From positions 1,488,001-1,552,000 of the forward strand of contig JBNRSN020000017.1 in the NCBI GenBank assembly GCA_051313645.2: a stretch of DNA of 64,000 nucleotides. The letters run 5' to 3'. The stretch's first letter is position 1; every line of letters starts with the position of its first letter. This document shows, one piece after another, positions 49,201-60,984 of the stretch. This stretch comes from Centroscyllium fabricii (taxonomy: Eukaryota). The position numbers and the translations under genes are program-made. The notes under the pieces are model-generated. The model saw only the letters and a list, made by a program, of their open reading frames with translations, did no database searches and was not told where the DNA came from.

Positions 49201-52200
49201 AGGATTGCAGCACGGGATAGTGAGGATTGCAGCTCGGGATTGTGAAGATTGCAGCTCGTGACAGTGAGGATTACAGCTCGGGATAGTGAGGATTGCAGCT
49301 CGGGATAGTGAGGATTGATTGCAGCTCGGGATAGTGAGGATTGCAGCTCGGGATAGTGAGGAGTGCAGCTCGGGATAGTGAGGATTACAGCTCGAGATAG
49401 TGAGGATTGCAGCTCGGGATAGTGAGGATTACAGTGCGGGATAGTGAGGATTGCAGCTCGGGATAGTGACGATTGCAGCTGGGGATAGTGAGGAATGCAG
49501 CTCACGATAGTGAGGATTACAGCTCAGGATAGTGAGGATTACAGCTCGGGATAGTGAGGATTGATTGCAGCTCAGGATAGTGAGGATTGCAGCTCGGATA
49601 GTGAGGATTGCAGCTCGGGATAGTGAGGATTACAGCTCGGGATAGTGAGGATTGCAGCTCGGGATAGTGAGGATTGCAGCTCGGGATAGTGAGGATTGCA
49701 GCTCGGGATAGTGAGGATTGCAGCTCGGGATAGTGAGGATTGCAGCTCGGGATAGTGAGGATTGCAGCTCGGGATAGTGAGGATTGCAGCTCGGGATAGT
49801 GAGGATTGCAGCTCGGGATAGTGAGGATTGCAGCTCGGGATAGTGAGGATTGCAGCTCAGGAGAGTGAGGATTGCAGCTCGCGATAGTGAGGATTGCACC
49901 TCGGGATAGTGAGGATTGCAGCTCGGGATAGTGAGGATTGCAGCTCGGGATAGTGAGGATTGAATGCAGCTCAGGATAGTGAGGATTACAGCTCAGGATA
50001 GTGAGCATTGCAGCTCGGGATAGTGAGGATTGCAGCTCGGATAGTGAGGATTACAGCTCGGGATAGTGAGGATTACAGCTCGGGATAGTGAAGATTGCAG
50101 CTCGGGATAGTGAGGAGTGCACCTCGGGATAGTGAGGATTGCACCTCGGGATAGTGAGGATTGCAGCTCGGGATAGTGAGGATTGCAGCTCGGGATAGTG
50201 AGGATTATAGCTCGGGATAGTGAGGAATGCAGCTCAGGATAGTGAGGATTGCAGCTCGGGATAGTGAGGATTGCAGCTCGGGATAGTGAGGAATGCAGCT
50301 CAGGATAGTGAGGATTACAGCTCGGGATAGTGAGGATTGCAGCTCGGGATAGTGAGGAGTGCAGCTCGGGATAGTGAGGATTGCAGCTCGGGATAGTGAG
50401 GATTGATTGCAGCTCGGGATAGTGAGGATTGCAGCGCGGGATAGTGAGGATTGCAGCTCGGGATAGTGAGGATTGCAGCTCGGATAGTGAGGATTACAGC
50501 TCGGGATAGTGAGGATTACAGCTCGGGATAGTGAGGATTGCAGCTCGGGATAGTGAGGAGTGCAGCTCGGGATAGTGAGGATGGCACCTCGGGATAGTGA
50601 GGATTGCAGCTCGGGATTGTGAGGATTACAGCTCGGGATAGTGAGGAATGCAGCTCAGGATAGTGAGGATTGCAGCTCGGGATAGTGAGGATTGCAGCTC
50701 GGGATAGTGAGGAATGCAGCTCAGGATAGTGAGGATTATAGTGAGGATTGCAGCTCGGGATAGTGAGGATTGCACCTCGGGATAGTGAGCATTGCAGCTC
50801 GGGAGAGTGAGGATTGCAGCTCGGGAGAGTGAGGATTTGACCTCGGGAGAGTGAGGATTGCAGCACGGGATAGTGAGGATTGCAGCTCGGGATTGTGAAG
50901 ATTGCAGCTCGTGACAGTGAGGATTACAGCTCGGGATAGTGAGGATTGCAGCTCGGGATAGTGAGGATTGATTGCAGCTCGGGATAGTGAGGATTGCAGC
51001 TCGGGATAGTGAGGAGTGCAGCTCGGGATAGTGAGGATTACAGCTCGAGATAGTGAGGATTGCAGCTCGGGATAGTGAGGATTGCAGCTCAGGATAGTCA
51101 AGATTACAGCTCGGGATAGTGAGGATTGCAGCTCGGGATAGTGAGGATTGCAGCTCGGGATAGTGAGGATTACAGTGCGGGATAGTGAGGATTGCAGCTC
51201 GGGATAGTGACGATTGCAGCTGGGGATAGTGAGGAATGCAGCTCAGGATAGTGAGGATTACAGCTCAGGATAGTGAGGATTACAGCTCGGGATAGTGAGG
51301 ATTGATTGCAGCTCGGGATAGTGAGGATTGCAGCTCGGATAGTGAGGATTGCAGCTCGGGATAGTGAGGATTACAGCTCGGGATAGTGAGGATTGCAGCT
51401 CGGGATAGTGAGGATTGCAGCTCGGGATAGTGAGGATTGCAGCTCGGGATAGTGAGGATTGCAGCTCGGGATAGTGAGGATTGCAGCTCGGGATAGTGAG
51501 GATTGCAGCTCGGGATAGTGAGGATTGCAGCTCGGGATAGTGAGGATTGCAGCTCGGGATAGTGAGGATTGCAGCTCAGGATAGTGAGGATTGCAGCTCG
51601 GGAGAGTGAGGATTGCAGCTCGCGATAGTGAGGATTGCACCTCGGGATAGTGAGGATTGCAGCTCGGGATAGTGAGGATTGCAGCTCGGGATAGTGAGGA
51701 TTGAATGCAGCTCAGGATAGTGAGGATTACAGCTCAGGATAGTGAGCATTGCAGCTCGGGATAGTGAGGATTGCAGCTCGGATAGTGAGGATTACAGCTC
51801 GGGATAGTGAGGATTACAGCTCGGGATAGTGAAGATTGCAGCTCGGGATAGTGAGGAGTGCACCTCGGGATAGTGAGGATTGCACCTCGGGATAGTGAGG
51901 ATTGCAGCTCGGGATAGTGAGGATTGCAGCTCGGGATAGTGAGGATTACAGCTCGGGATAGTGAGGAATGCAGCTCAGGATAGTGAGTATTGCAGCTCGG
52001 GATAGTGAGGATTGCAGCTCGGGATAGTGAGGAATGCAGCTCAGGATAGTGAGGATTACAGCTCGGGATAGTGAGGATTGCAGCTCGGGATAGTGAGGAG
52101 TGCAGCTCGGGATAGTGAGGATTGCACCTCGGGATAGTGAGCATTGCAGCTCGGGAGAGTGAGGATTGCAGCTCGGGAGAGTGAGGATTGCACCTCGGGA

Positions 52201-54659
52201 GAGTGAGGATTGCAGCACGGGATAGTGAGGATTGCAGCTCGGGATTGTGAAGATTGCAGCTCGGGATAGTGAGGATTGCAGCTCGGGATAGTGAGGATTG
52301 CAGCTCGGGATAGTGAGGATTGCAGCTCAGGATAGTCAAGATTACAGCTCGGGATAGTGAGGATTGCAGCTCGGTATAGTGAGGATTACAGTGCGGGATA
52401 GTGAGGATTGCAGCTCGGGATAGTGAGGATTGCAGCTCGGGATAGTGACGATTGCAGCTCGGGATAGTGAGGAATGCAGCTCAGGATAGTGAGGATTGCA
52501 GCTCGGGATAGTGAGGATTGCAGCTCGGGAGAGTGAGGATTGCAGCTCGCGATAGTGAGGATTGCAGCTCGGGATAGTGAGGACTGCAGCTCGGGATAGT
52601 GAGGACTACAGCGAGGGATAGTGAGGATTGCAGCTCGGGATAGTGAGGATTGCAGCTCGGGATAGTGAGGATTGCAGCTCGGGATAGTGAGGATTACAGT
52701 GCGGGATAGTGAGGTTTGCAGCTCGGGATAGTGAGGATTGCAGCTCGGGATAGTGAGGATTACATTCGGGATAGTGAAGATTGCAGCTCGGGACAGTGAG
52801 GATTGATTGCAGCTCGGGATAGTGAGGATTGCAGCGCAGGATAGTGAGGATTGCAGCGCGGGATAGTGACGATTGCAGCTCGGATAGTGAGGATTACATT
52901 CGGGATAGTGAGGATTGCAGCTCGGGATAGTGAGGATTACAGCTCGGATAGTGACGATTGCAGCTCGGGATCGTGAGGATTGCAGCTCGGGATAGTGAGG
53001 ATTGCAGCTCGGGATAGTGAGGATTGCAGCTCGGGATAGTGAGGATTGCAGCTCGGGATAGTGAGGATTGCAGCTCGGGATAGTGAGGATTGCAGCTCGG
53101 GATAGTGAGGATTACAGCTCGCGATAGTGAGGATTGCAGCTCGCGATAGTGAGTATTACAGCTCGGGATAGTGAGGATTACAGCTCGCGATAGTGAGGAT
53201 TACAGCTCGGGATAGTGAAGATTGCAGCTCGGGATAGTGAGGATTACAGAACGGGATAGTGAGGATTGCAGCTCGGGATAGTGAGGATTACAGCTCGGGA
53301 TAGTGAGGATTACAGCTCGGGATAGTGAGGATTACAGCTCGGGATAGTGAGGATTGCAGCTCGGGATAGTGAGGATTGCAGCTCGGGATAGTGAGGATTA
53401 CAGAACGGGATAGTGAGGATTGCAGCTCGGGAGAGTGAGGATTGCAGCTCGGGAGAGTGAGGATTGCAGCTCGGGAGAGTGAGGATTGCAGCTCGGGATA
53501 GTGAGGATTGCAGCTCGGGATTGTGAAGATTGCAGCTCGTGATAGTGAGGATTGCAGCTCGGGATAGTGAGGATTGCAGCTCGAGATAGTGAGGATTGCA
53601 GCTCGGGATAGTGAGGATTGCAGCTCGGTATAGTGAAGATTGCAGCTCGGGATAGTGAGGAGTGCAGCTCGGGATAGTGAGCATTGCAGCTCGGGATCGT
53701 GAGGACTGCAGCTCGGGATAGTGAGGACTGCAGCTCGGGATAGTGAGGACTGCAGCTCGGGATAGTGAGGACTGCAGCTCGGGATAGTGAGGACTGCAGC
53801 TCGGGATAGTGAGGACTGCAGCTCGGGATAGTGAGGACTGCAGCTCGGGATAGTGAGGACTGCAGCTCGGGATAGTGAAAATTGCAGCTCGGGATAGTGA
53901 CGATTGCAGCTCGGGATCGTGAGGACTGCAGCTCGGGATAGTGAGGACTGCAGCTCGGGATAGTGAGGACTGCAGCTCGGGATAGTGAGGACTGCAGCTC
54001 GGGATAGTGAGGACTGCAGCTCGGGATAGTGAGGATTGCAGCTCGGGATAGTGAGGATTGCAGCTCGGGATAGTGAGGAATGCAGCTCGGGATAGTGAGG
54101 ATTGCAGCTCGGGATAGTGAGGATTGCAGCTCGGGATAGTGAGGATTGCAGCTCGTGATAGTGAGAATTGCAGCTCGGATAGTGAGGATTGCAGCTCGTG
54201 ATAGTGAGAATTGCAGCTCGGGATAGTGAGGATTGCTTCTCGGATAGTGAGGATTGATTGCAGCTCGAGATAGTGAGGATTGCAGCTCGGGATAGTGAGA
54301 ATTGCAGCTCGGGATAGTGAGGATTGCAGCTCGGGATAGTGAGGATTGCAGCTCGGGATAGTGAGGATTGCAGCTCGGGATAGTGAGGATTGCAGCTCGG
54401 GATAGTGAGGATTGCAGCTCGGGATAGTGAGGATTGCAGCTCGGGATAGTGAGGATTGCAGCTCGGGATAGTGAGGATTGCAGCTCGGGATAGTGAGGAT
54501 TGCAGCTCGGGATAGTGAGGAATGCAGCTCGGGATAGTGAGGATTGCAGCTCGGGATAGTGAAGATTGCAGCTCGGGATAGTGAGGATTGCAGCTCGGGA
54601 TAGTGAGGAATGCAGCTCGGGATAGTGAAGATTGCAGCTCGGGATAGTGAGGATTGCAG
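28257..54659. repeat. 22-bp satellite (CGGGATAGTGAGGATTGCAGCT)n, about 26.4 kb (~1200 units)
   Basis: Uninterrupted head-to-tail array with recurrent variant monomers (TTAC, +GATT, -G, GAGAG, GACT, CTCAGG). Confidence 0.99.
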
Positions 54660-54722
54660 TAAGTGTATAGCTGCTACAGACTGGTCTCCGTGTCCGATCA
54701 ATCTTTCTGGGGAAGTCTTTCT

Positions 54723-54794
54723 TAGAAAAATAGGAGCAGGAGTAGGCCATTCAGCCGTCGAACCTGCTCCGCTATTCAATATGATGATCGCTGA
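54723..54794 (-). mobile_element. CR1 3' tail fragment
   Basis: TAGAAAAATAGGAGCAGGAGTAGGCCATTCAGCC is the antisense of the CR1 terminus seen at 12088-12138 and 62213. Confidence 0.75.
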
Positions 54795-54912
54795 ACATTC
54801 TTCAAAATGTTCTTGACCAGATGAATTTGGGCTCGGAGGGAAGTTGGTTTAGTGAGAACTGTTTTCGAGTCGATTTTAGCTTCTCTGCGCTCCTCGCCTG
54901 TACCTTTATCCA

Positions 54913-55293
54913 TCAACTACCGGGAGGAGGAGGCTCCATGAATATCCCCATCCTCAAAAAAGACAAGGCTGAAGCATTTGCAACCATCTTCAGCCAGAAG
55001 TACCGAGTGGATGATCCCTATCGGCCTCCCCCTGATGTCCCCACCATCACATAAGCCAGTCTTCAGCCAATTTGATTCACTCCACGTGATATCAAGAAAT
55101 GGCTGAGCGTACTGGATACAGCAAAGGCTATGGGCCCCGACAACATCCCGGCTATCATGCTGTGGAGTTGTGCTCCAAAACTTGCCGCTAATCTAGCCAA
55201 GCTGTTCCAGTACAGCAACAACACTGGCATCTATCTGACAATGGAAAACTGCCCAGGTATGCCCTGTCCACAAAAAGCAGGACAAATCCAATC
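54913..55293 (+). mobile_element. Family B LINE internal fragment
   Basis: Contains AAAGGCTATGGGCCCCGACAACATCCCGGCTATCATGCTG...GCTGTTCCAGTACAGC, matching 3166-3260. Confidence 0.8.
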
Positions 55294-55384
55294 TCAAACA
55301 GAAACATAAATTCATTTTAGCGCACAGTATTATTCACGTAGCCATATGCATTTTTAGGCACCCCTAGTTTCTAACGGACCCGCC

Positions 55385-55800
55385 TAGTCGTGGTGGTGTG
55401 TGACATTATGGCCTCTTCAAGCTCTTCAATTTGTTTCTGCTCAAATCTTACTTTCTCTTCAAGCTCTTGATTCTGTTTGAAAGTCTGGCGTTGTGATATT
55501 TCTTCCTGCAGTTAGGAAATCTGCCACTGCTCAAGCTCAGCTTACGTTCTTGGAGTTGCTTACATTCCCTGTCTCAAATTCCGTTCTATTAGCTTCTGGA
55601 TTCTCTCGTAAAGTCTCCATGTGTAGCACATGATGGCCAGCAGCAGTCAGTGTTAGCGAGAAGGCAACAGTTAGCACCCATTTGAAATTCGTTTCCTCCT
55701 CCAGTTCTGTTAAATGCAGTAAGGTCTTTGTGAGTGTCATCTTTAAACAGATTGCAGATGCTCCATCCTGGCTGTGTCTTGCAGTTTGCCAACTTTGCCG
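55385..55800 (-). pseudogene. Possible decayed coiled-coil coding sequence (unidentified)
   Basis: Frame-hopping translation LYERIQKLIERN / DRECKQLQERK / AELEQWQIS*LQEEISQRQTFKQNQELEEKVRFEQKQIEELEEAI is E/K/Q/L-rich. No family recognised. Confidence 0.35.
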
Positions 55801-56609
55801 AGAACTAAAAGCACATTGTTGGTCTGCTGTGTATTTGTACTGGTGACTATGGTGAATTATCACTACCTGCCCTCCCTCCCCCTCTCCGGCATTCACCGTC
55901 CTCCTCATCCTCAGGCCCACTGCTGTGACATCGCTTCATACAACCTTACAGCTCAAGGAGGCTTCACCCCAACTTCTGCTTAGTGCCAACTCCCTCCATC
56001 CTGCTAATCCTTGGTGTAAAATAAACCAACACAAAACCAAAGCATTTACTTCTCAACACTTTCCATTTCTAACAGGTAGAACTGTACAGGTGAGATTCCA
56101 GGACAGTTTAAACTCCCACCCACAGCGCCTGTACAATTATTGGATTACTGAGCAACTGGTAACCAGGTAAATTGAACCACTGCTTGTGATGTCATTTCTG
56201 CAGAATTACCAAGTTATCCTGTCAGTGTCTAGTTTCGGGAGGTTATATTGCAGGAAGTTTATTATTAACATTGTTTCTCGGAAACCTGCCTTTCACCCCT
56301 GAGTTTCTCTGTATAACACCAATTCCACCACCTGCTTTGCCTCTAATTAATGGGCCAATGTTCACAATGCCTTTTACTGTGTCACTGATAGCTGAGCTTT
56401 CAGTGTGTCGAGGAGATCGGACTCGGTACTGGCTCCAAACAGTCTTGGTGCAGGCACTCTGAATGTTGCTCAAATCTCTGGTTGTGAATCAGGATGTTGA
56501 AACTGATAATTGATTGGGTAACCTGGCTCAGCTGCATATCCTGAGGGGTAGAGCTGGAAAAGTGCGAAGTAGTCAAAGATGTATTTGGTAGAATACAAGA
56601 TGAAAGAGA

Positions 56610-59600
56610 GACTTGCATTTCTGTAGCGCCTTTCACCACCTCGGGACATCCCAAAGCGCTTTACAGCCAATTAAGTACTTTTGAAGTGTCATAAAGTAGG
56701 AAACGTGGCAAGCAATTTGCACTCGGCAAGATCCCACAAACAGCATTGACTAGATAATCTGTGATGTTGGTTCGGGGATAAATATATTGGCCCAGGACAT
56801 GGGCGAATGCCCCCGCTCCTCTTCAAATAGTGCCATTGGATCTTTTAGACCCTCCTGAGAGGGCAGACGGGGCCTCGGTTTAACATTTCCTCCGCAAGAT
56901 AGCACCCCTGACAGTGTAGCACTCGCTTAATACTGACCCTCCGACACTGCAACGCTCCCTCAGTACTGCCCCTCCGACAGTGCGGCACTCCCTCAGTACT
57001 GCCCCTCCGACAGTGTGGCGCTCCCTCAGTACTGCCCCTCCGACACTGCAACGCTTCCTCAGGACTGCCCCTCCGACAGTGCGGAACTCCCTCAGTACTG
57101 CCCCTCCGACAGTCCGGCGCTCCCTCAGTACTGCCCCTCCGACAGTGCGGCGCTCCCTCAGTACTGCCCCTCCGACAGTGCAGCACTCCCTCAGTACTGC
57201 CCCTCCGACAGTGCAGCACTCCCTCAGTACCACCCCTCCGACAGTGCGGCGTTCCCTCAGTACTGCCCCTCCGACAGTGCAGCACTCCCTCAGTACTGCC
57301 CCTCCGACAGTGCAGCACTCCCTCAGTACCACCCCTCCGACAGTGCGGCGTTCCCTCAGTACTGCCCCTCCGACAGTGCAGCACTCACTCAGTACCACCC
57401 CTCCAACAGTGCAGCACTCCCTCAGTACCACCCCTCCGACAGTGCGGCGCTCCCTCAGTATTACCCCTCCGACACTAACGATTCCTCAGTACTGCCCCTG
57501 GGACAGTGCGGCGCTTCCTCAGTACTGCCCCTCTGACAGTGCGGCGTTCCCTCAGTACTGTCCCTCCAACTTCAGCACTCCCTCAGTACTGCCCCTCGAC
57601 AGTGTGGCGCTCCTTCAGCAGTGCCCCTCCGACACTGCAACGCTCCCTCCGTACTGCCCCTCTGACAGTGTAGCGCTCCCTCAGTACTGTCACTCTGATA
57701 GTGCGGCGCTCCCTCAGTACTGCCCCTCTGACATTGCGGCGCTCCCTCAGTACTGTCACTCCGACATTGCGGTGCTCCCTCACTACTCCCCCTCCCACAG
57801 TGCGGCGCTCCCTCGGTACTGCCCCTCCAACAGTGCGGCGCTCCCTCAGTACTGCCCCTCCGACAGTGCGGCGCTCCCTCGGTACTGCCCCTCTGACAGT
57901 GCGGCGCTCCCTCAGTACTGCCCCTCTGACAGTGCGGCGCTCCTTCAGTACTGCCCCTCCGACAGTGCAGCGCTCCCTCTGTACTGCCCCTCCGACAGTG
58001 TGGCGCTCCCTCAGTACTGCCCCTCCGACACTGCAACGCTTCCTCAGTACTGCCCCTCCGACAGTGCGGCACTCCCTCAGTACTGCCCCTCCGGCAGTGC
58101 GGCGCTCCCTCAGTACTGCCCCTCCGACAGTGCGGCGCTCCCTCGGTACTGCCCCTCTGACACTGTAACGCTTCCTCAGTACTGCCCCTGGGACAGTGCG
58201 GCGCTTCCTCAGTACTGCCCCTCCAACAGTGCAGCACTCCCTCAGTACTGCCCCTCGACAGTGCGGCGCTCCCTCAGTACTGCCCCTCCAACAGTGCAGC
58301 ACTCCCTCCGTACTGCCCCTCGACAGTGTGGCGCTCCCTCAGTACTGCCCCTCAACAGTGCGGTGCTCCCTCAGTACTGCCCCTCCGACAGTGCAGCGCT
58401 CCCTCAGTACTGCCCCTCCGACACTGCAACGCTTCCTCAGTACTGCCCCTCCGACAGTGCGGCACTCCCTCAGTACTGCCCCTCCGGCAGTGCGGCGCTC
58501 CCTCAGTACTGCCCCTCCGACAGTGCGGCGCTCCCTCGGTACTGCCCCTCTGACACTGTAACGCTTCCTCAGTACTGCCCCTGGGACAGTGCGGCGCTTC
58601 CTCAGTACTGCCCCTCTGACAGTGCGGCGTTCCCTCAGTACTGCCCCTCTGACAGTGCGGCGTTCCCTCAGTACTGTCCCTCCAACAGTGCAGCACTCCC
58701 TCAGTACTGCCCCTCGACAGTGCGGCGCTCCCTCAGTACTGCCCCTCCAACAGTGCAGCACTCCCTCAGTACAGCCCCTCGACAGTGTGGCGCTCCCTCA
58801 GTACTGCCCCTCAACAGTGCGGTGCTCCCTCAGTAGTGCCCCTCGACAGTGCAGCACTCCCTCAGTATTGCCCCTCGACAGTGCGGCGCTCCCTCAGTGC
58901 TGCCCCTCGACAGTGCGGTGCTCCCTCAGTACTGCCCCTCGACAGTGCAGCGCTCCCTCAGTACTGCCCCTCGACAGTGCGGCGCTCCCTCAGTACTACC
59001 CCTCGACAGTGCGGCGCTCCCTCAGTACTGCCCCTCGACAGTGCGGCGCTCCCTCAGTACTGCCCTCGACAGTGCAGTGCTCCCTCAGTACTGCCCCTCC
59101 GACAGTGCGGCGCTCCCTCCGTACTACCCCTCGACAGTGCAGTGCTCCCTCAGTACTGCCCCTCTGCCAGTGCAGTGCTCCCTCAGTACTGCCCCTCGAC
59201 AGTGCGGCGCTCCCTCAGTACTGCCCCTCGACAGTGCAGTGCTCCCTCAGTACTACCCCTCGACAGTGCAGTGCTCCCTCAGTACTGCCCCTCGACAGTG
59301 TGGCGCTCCCTCAGTACTGCCCCTCCGACACTGCAACGCTTCCTCAGTACTGCCCCTCGACAGTGCAGTGCTCCCTCAGTATTACCCCTCGACAGTGCAG
59401 TGCTCCCTCAGTACTGCCCCTCTGACAGTGCGGCGCTCCTTCAGTACTGCCCCTCCGACAGTGCAGCGCTCCCTCCGTACTGCCACTCCGACAGTGTGGC
59501 GCTCCCTCAGTACTGCCCCTCCGACACTGCAACGCTTCCTCAGTACTGCCCCTCCGACAGTGCGGCACTCCCTCAGTACTGCCCCTCCGGCAATGCGGCG

Positions 59601-60690
59601 CTCCCTCAGTACTGCCCCTCCGACAGTGCGGCGCTCCCTCGGTACTGCCCCTCTGACACTGTAACGCTTCCTCAGTACTGCCCCTGGGACAGTGCGGCGC
59701 TTCCTCAGTACTGCCCCTCTGACAGTGCGGCGTTCCCTCAGTACTGCCCCTCTGACAGTGCGGCGTTCCCTCAGTACTGTCCCTCCAACAGTGCAGCACT
59801 CCCTCAGTACTGCCCCTCGACAGTGCGGCGCTCCCTCAGTACTGCCCCTCCAACAGTGCAGCACTCCCTCAGTACTGCCCCTCGACAGTGTGGCGCTCCC
59901 TCAGTACTGCCCCTCAACAGTGCGGTGCTCCCTCAGTAGTGCCCCTCGACAGTGCAGCACTCCCTCAGTATTGCCCCTCGACAGTGCGGCGCTCCCTCAG
60001 TGCTGCCCCTCGACAGTGCGGTGCTCCCTCAGTACTGCCCCTCGACAGTGCAGCGCTCCCTCAGTACTGCCCCTCGACAGTGCGGCGCTCCCTCAGTACT
60101 ACCCCTCGACAGTGCGGCGCTCCCTCAGTACTGCCCCTCGACAGTGCAGTGCTCCCTCAGTACTGCCCCTCCGACAGTGCGGCGCTCCCTCCGTACTACC
60201 CCTCGACAGTGCAGTGCTCCCTCAGTACTGCCCCTCTGCCAGTGCAGTTCTCCCTCAGTACTGCCCCTCGACAGTGCAGCGCTCCCTCAGTACTGCCCCT
60301 CGACAGTGCGGCGCTCCCTCAGTACTACCCCTCGACAGTGCGGCGCTCCCTCAGTACTGCCCCTCGACAGTGCGGCGCTCCCTCAGTACTGCCCCTCGAC
60401 AGTGCAGTGCTCCCTCAGTACTGCCCCTCCGACAGTGCGGCGCTCCCTCCGTACTACCCCTCGACAGTGCAGTGCTCCCTCAGTACTGCCCCTCTGCCAG
60501 TGCAGTGCTCCCTCAGTACTGCCCCTCTGCCAGTGCAGTGCTCCCTCAGTACTGCCCCTCGACAGTACGGCGCTCCCTCAGTACTGCACTGGAGTGTCGG
60601 CCTGCATTATGGGATCAATTCTCTGCAGTGGGACTTGAACCCACAACCATAGATTCAACGGCGAAAGCGCGCTACCTACCCACGGAGCAC
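56610..60690 (-). mobile_element. tRNA-derived Deu-type SINE (SacSINE1/AmnSINE-like), split by an internal minisatellite expansion
   Basis: 3' tail ACTTGCATTTCTGTAGCGCCTTTC at 56611, body to about 56930, head at 60580-60690 with minus-strand B box GGGTTCAAGTCCC (60629-60642). Family name is from recall. Confidence 0.7.
56935..60590. repeat. 32/33-bp minisatellite (CAGTACTGCCCCTCCGACAGTGCGGCGCTCCCT)n, about 110 units
   Basis: Read directly. Higher-order duplications at offsets of 393 and 1103 bp. Confidence 0.97.
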
Positions 60691-60984
60691 GGCAGACAAG
60701 GGTTTTGATTATTTTGATTTAATATGGAAGCAGTTTTTTAGAACTCATTTCATTTTCTGTGTGCATACTCAGTGAGGAGGGCGGGGGGATGGTGGTCAGT
60801 GTCTCCTGGTTTAAGTTCTCAACGGAAATTGGAGATCAGCAGCAAGATTGCACCATGATCAGAGTAGAGAGATTTTACAATTGACATAAGAATTGATTCT
60901 ATCTGTGAATACATTAGTTCGGTCCCTGTATCGCAGCCCCCAGCCCACCTGACACAGTGTCTTTGCCTTCCTAGAGGGAATCAT

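Noticed and set aside
28959-53300. Dozens of minus-strand ORFs (LQSSLSRAAILTIPSCNPHYPE repeats)
   Set aside because: Read-through of the 22-bp satellite, with no native start context or splice structure. Not called as genes.
28257-54659. CRISPR-like array
   Set aside because: Head-to-tail monomers with no unique spacers, no cas genes, and a eukaryotic context.
28257-54659. GATA-factor site array
   Set aside because: The consensus unit has GGATAG rather than WGATAR, so there is no support beyond the core 4-mer.
60600-60690. tRNA gene
   Set aside because: Only a B-box-like motif is present, with no cloverleaf. Better explained as a SINE head.
56845-60708. Long mucin-like or Cys-rich ORFs (e.g. 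56980..58836, 618 aa)
   Set aside because: A 33-bp unit is a multiple of 3 and open in several frames on both strands. It lies inside a SINE.
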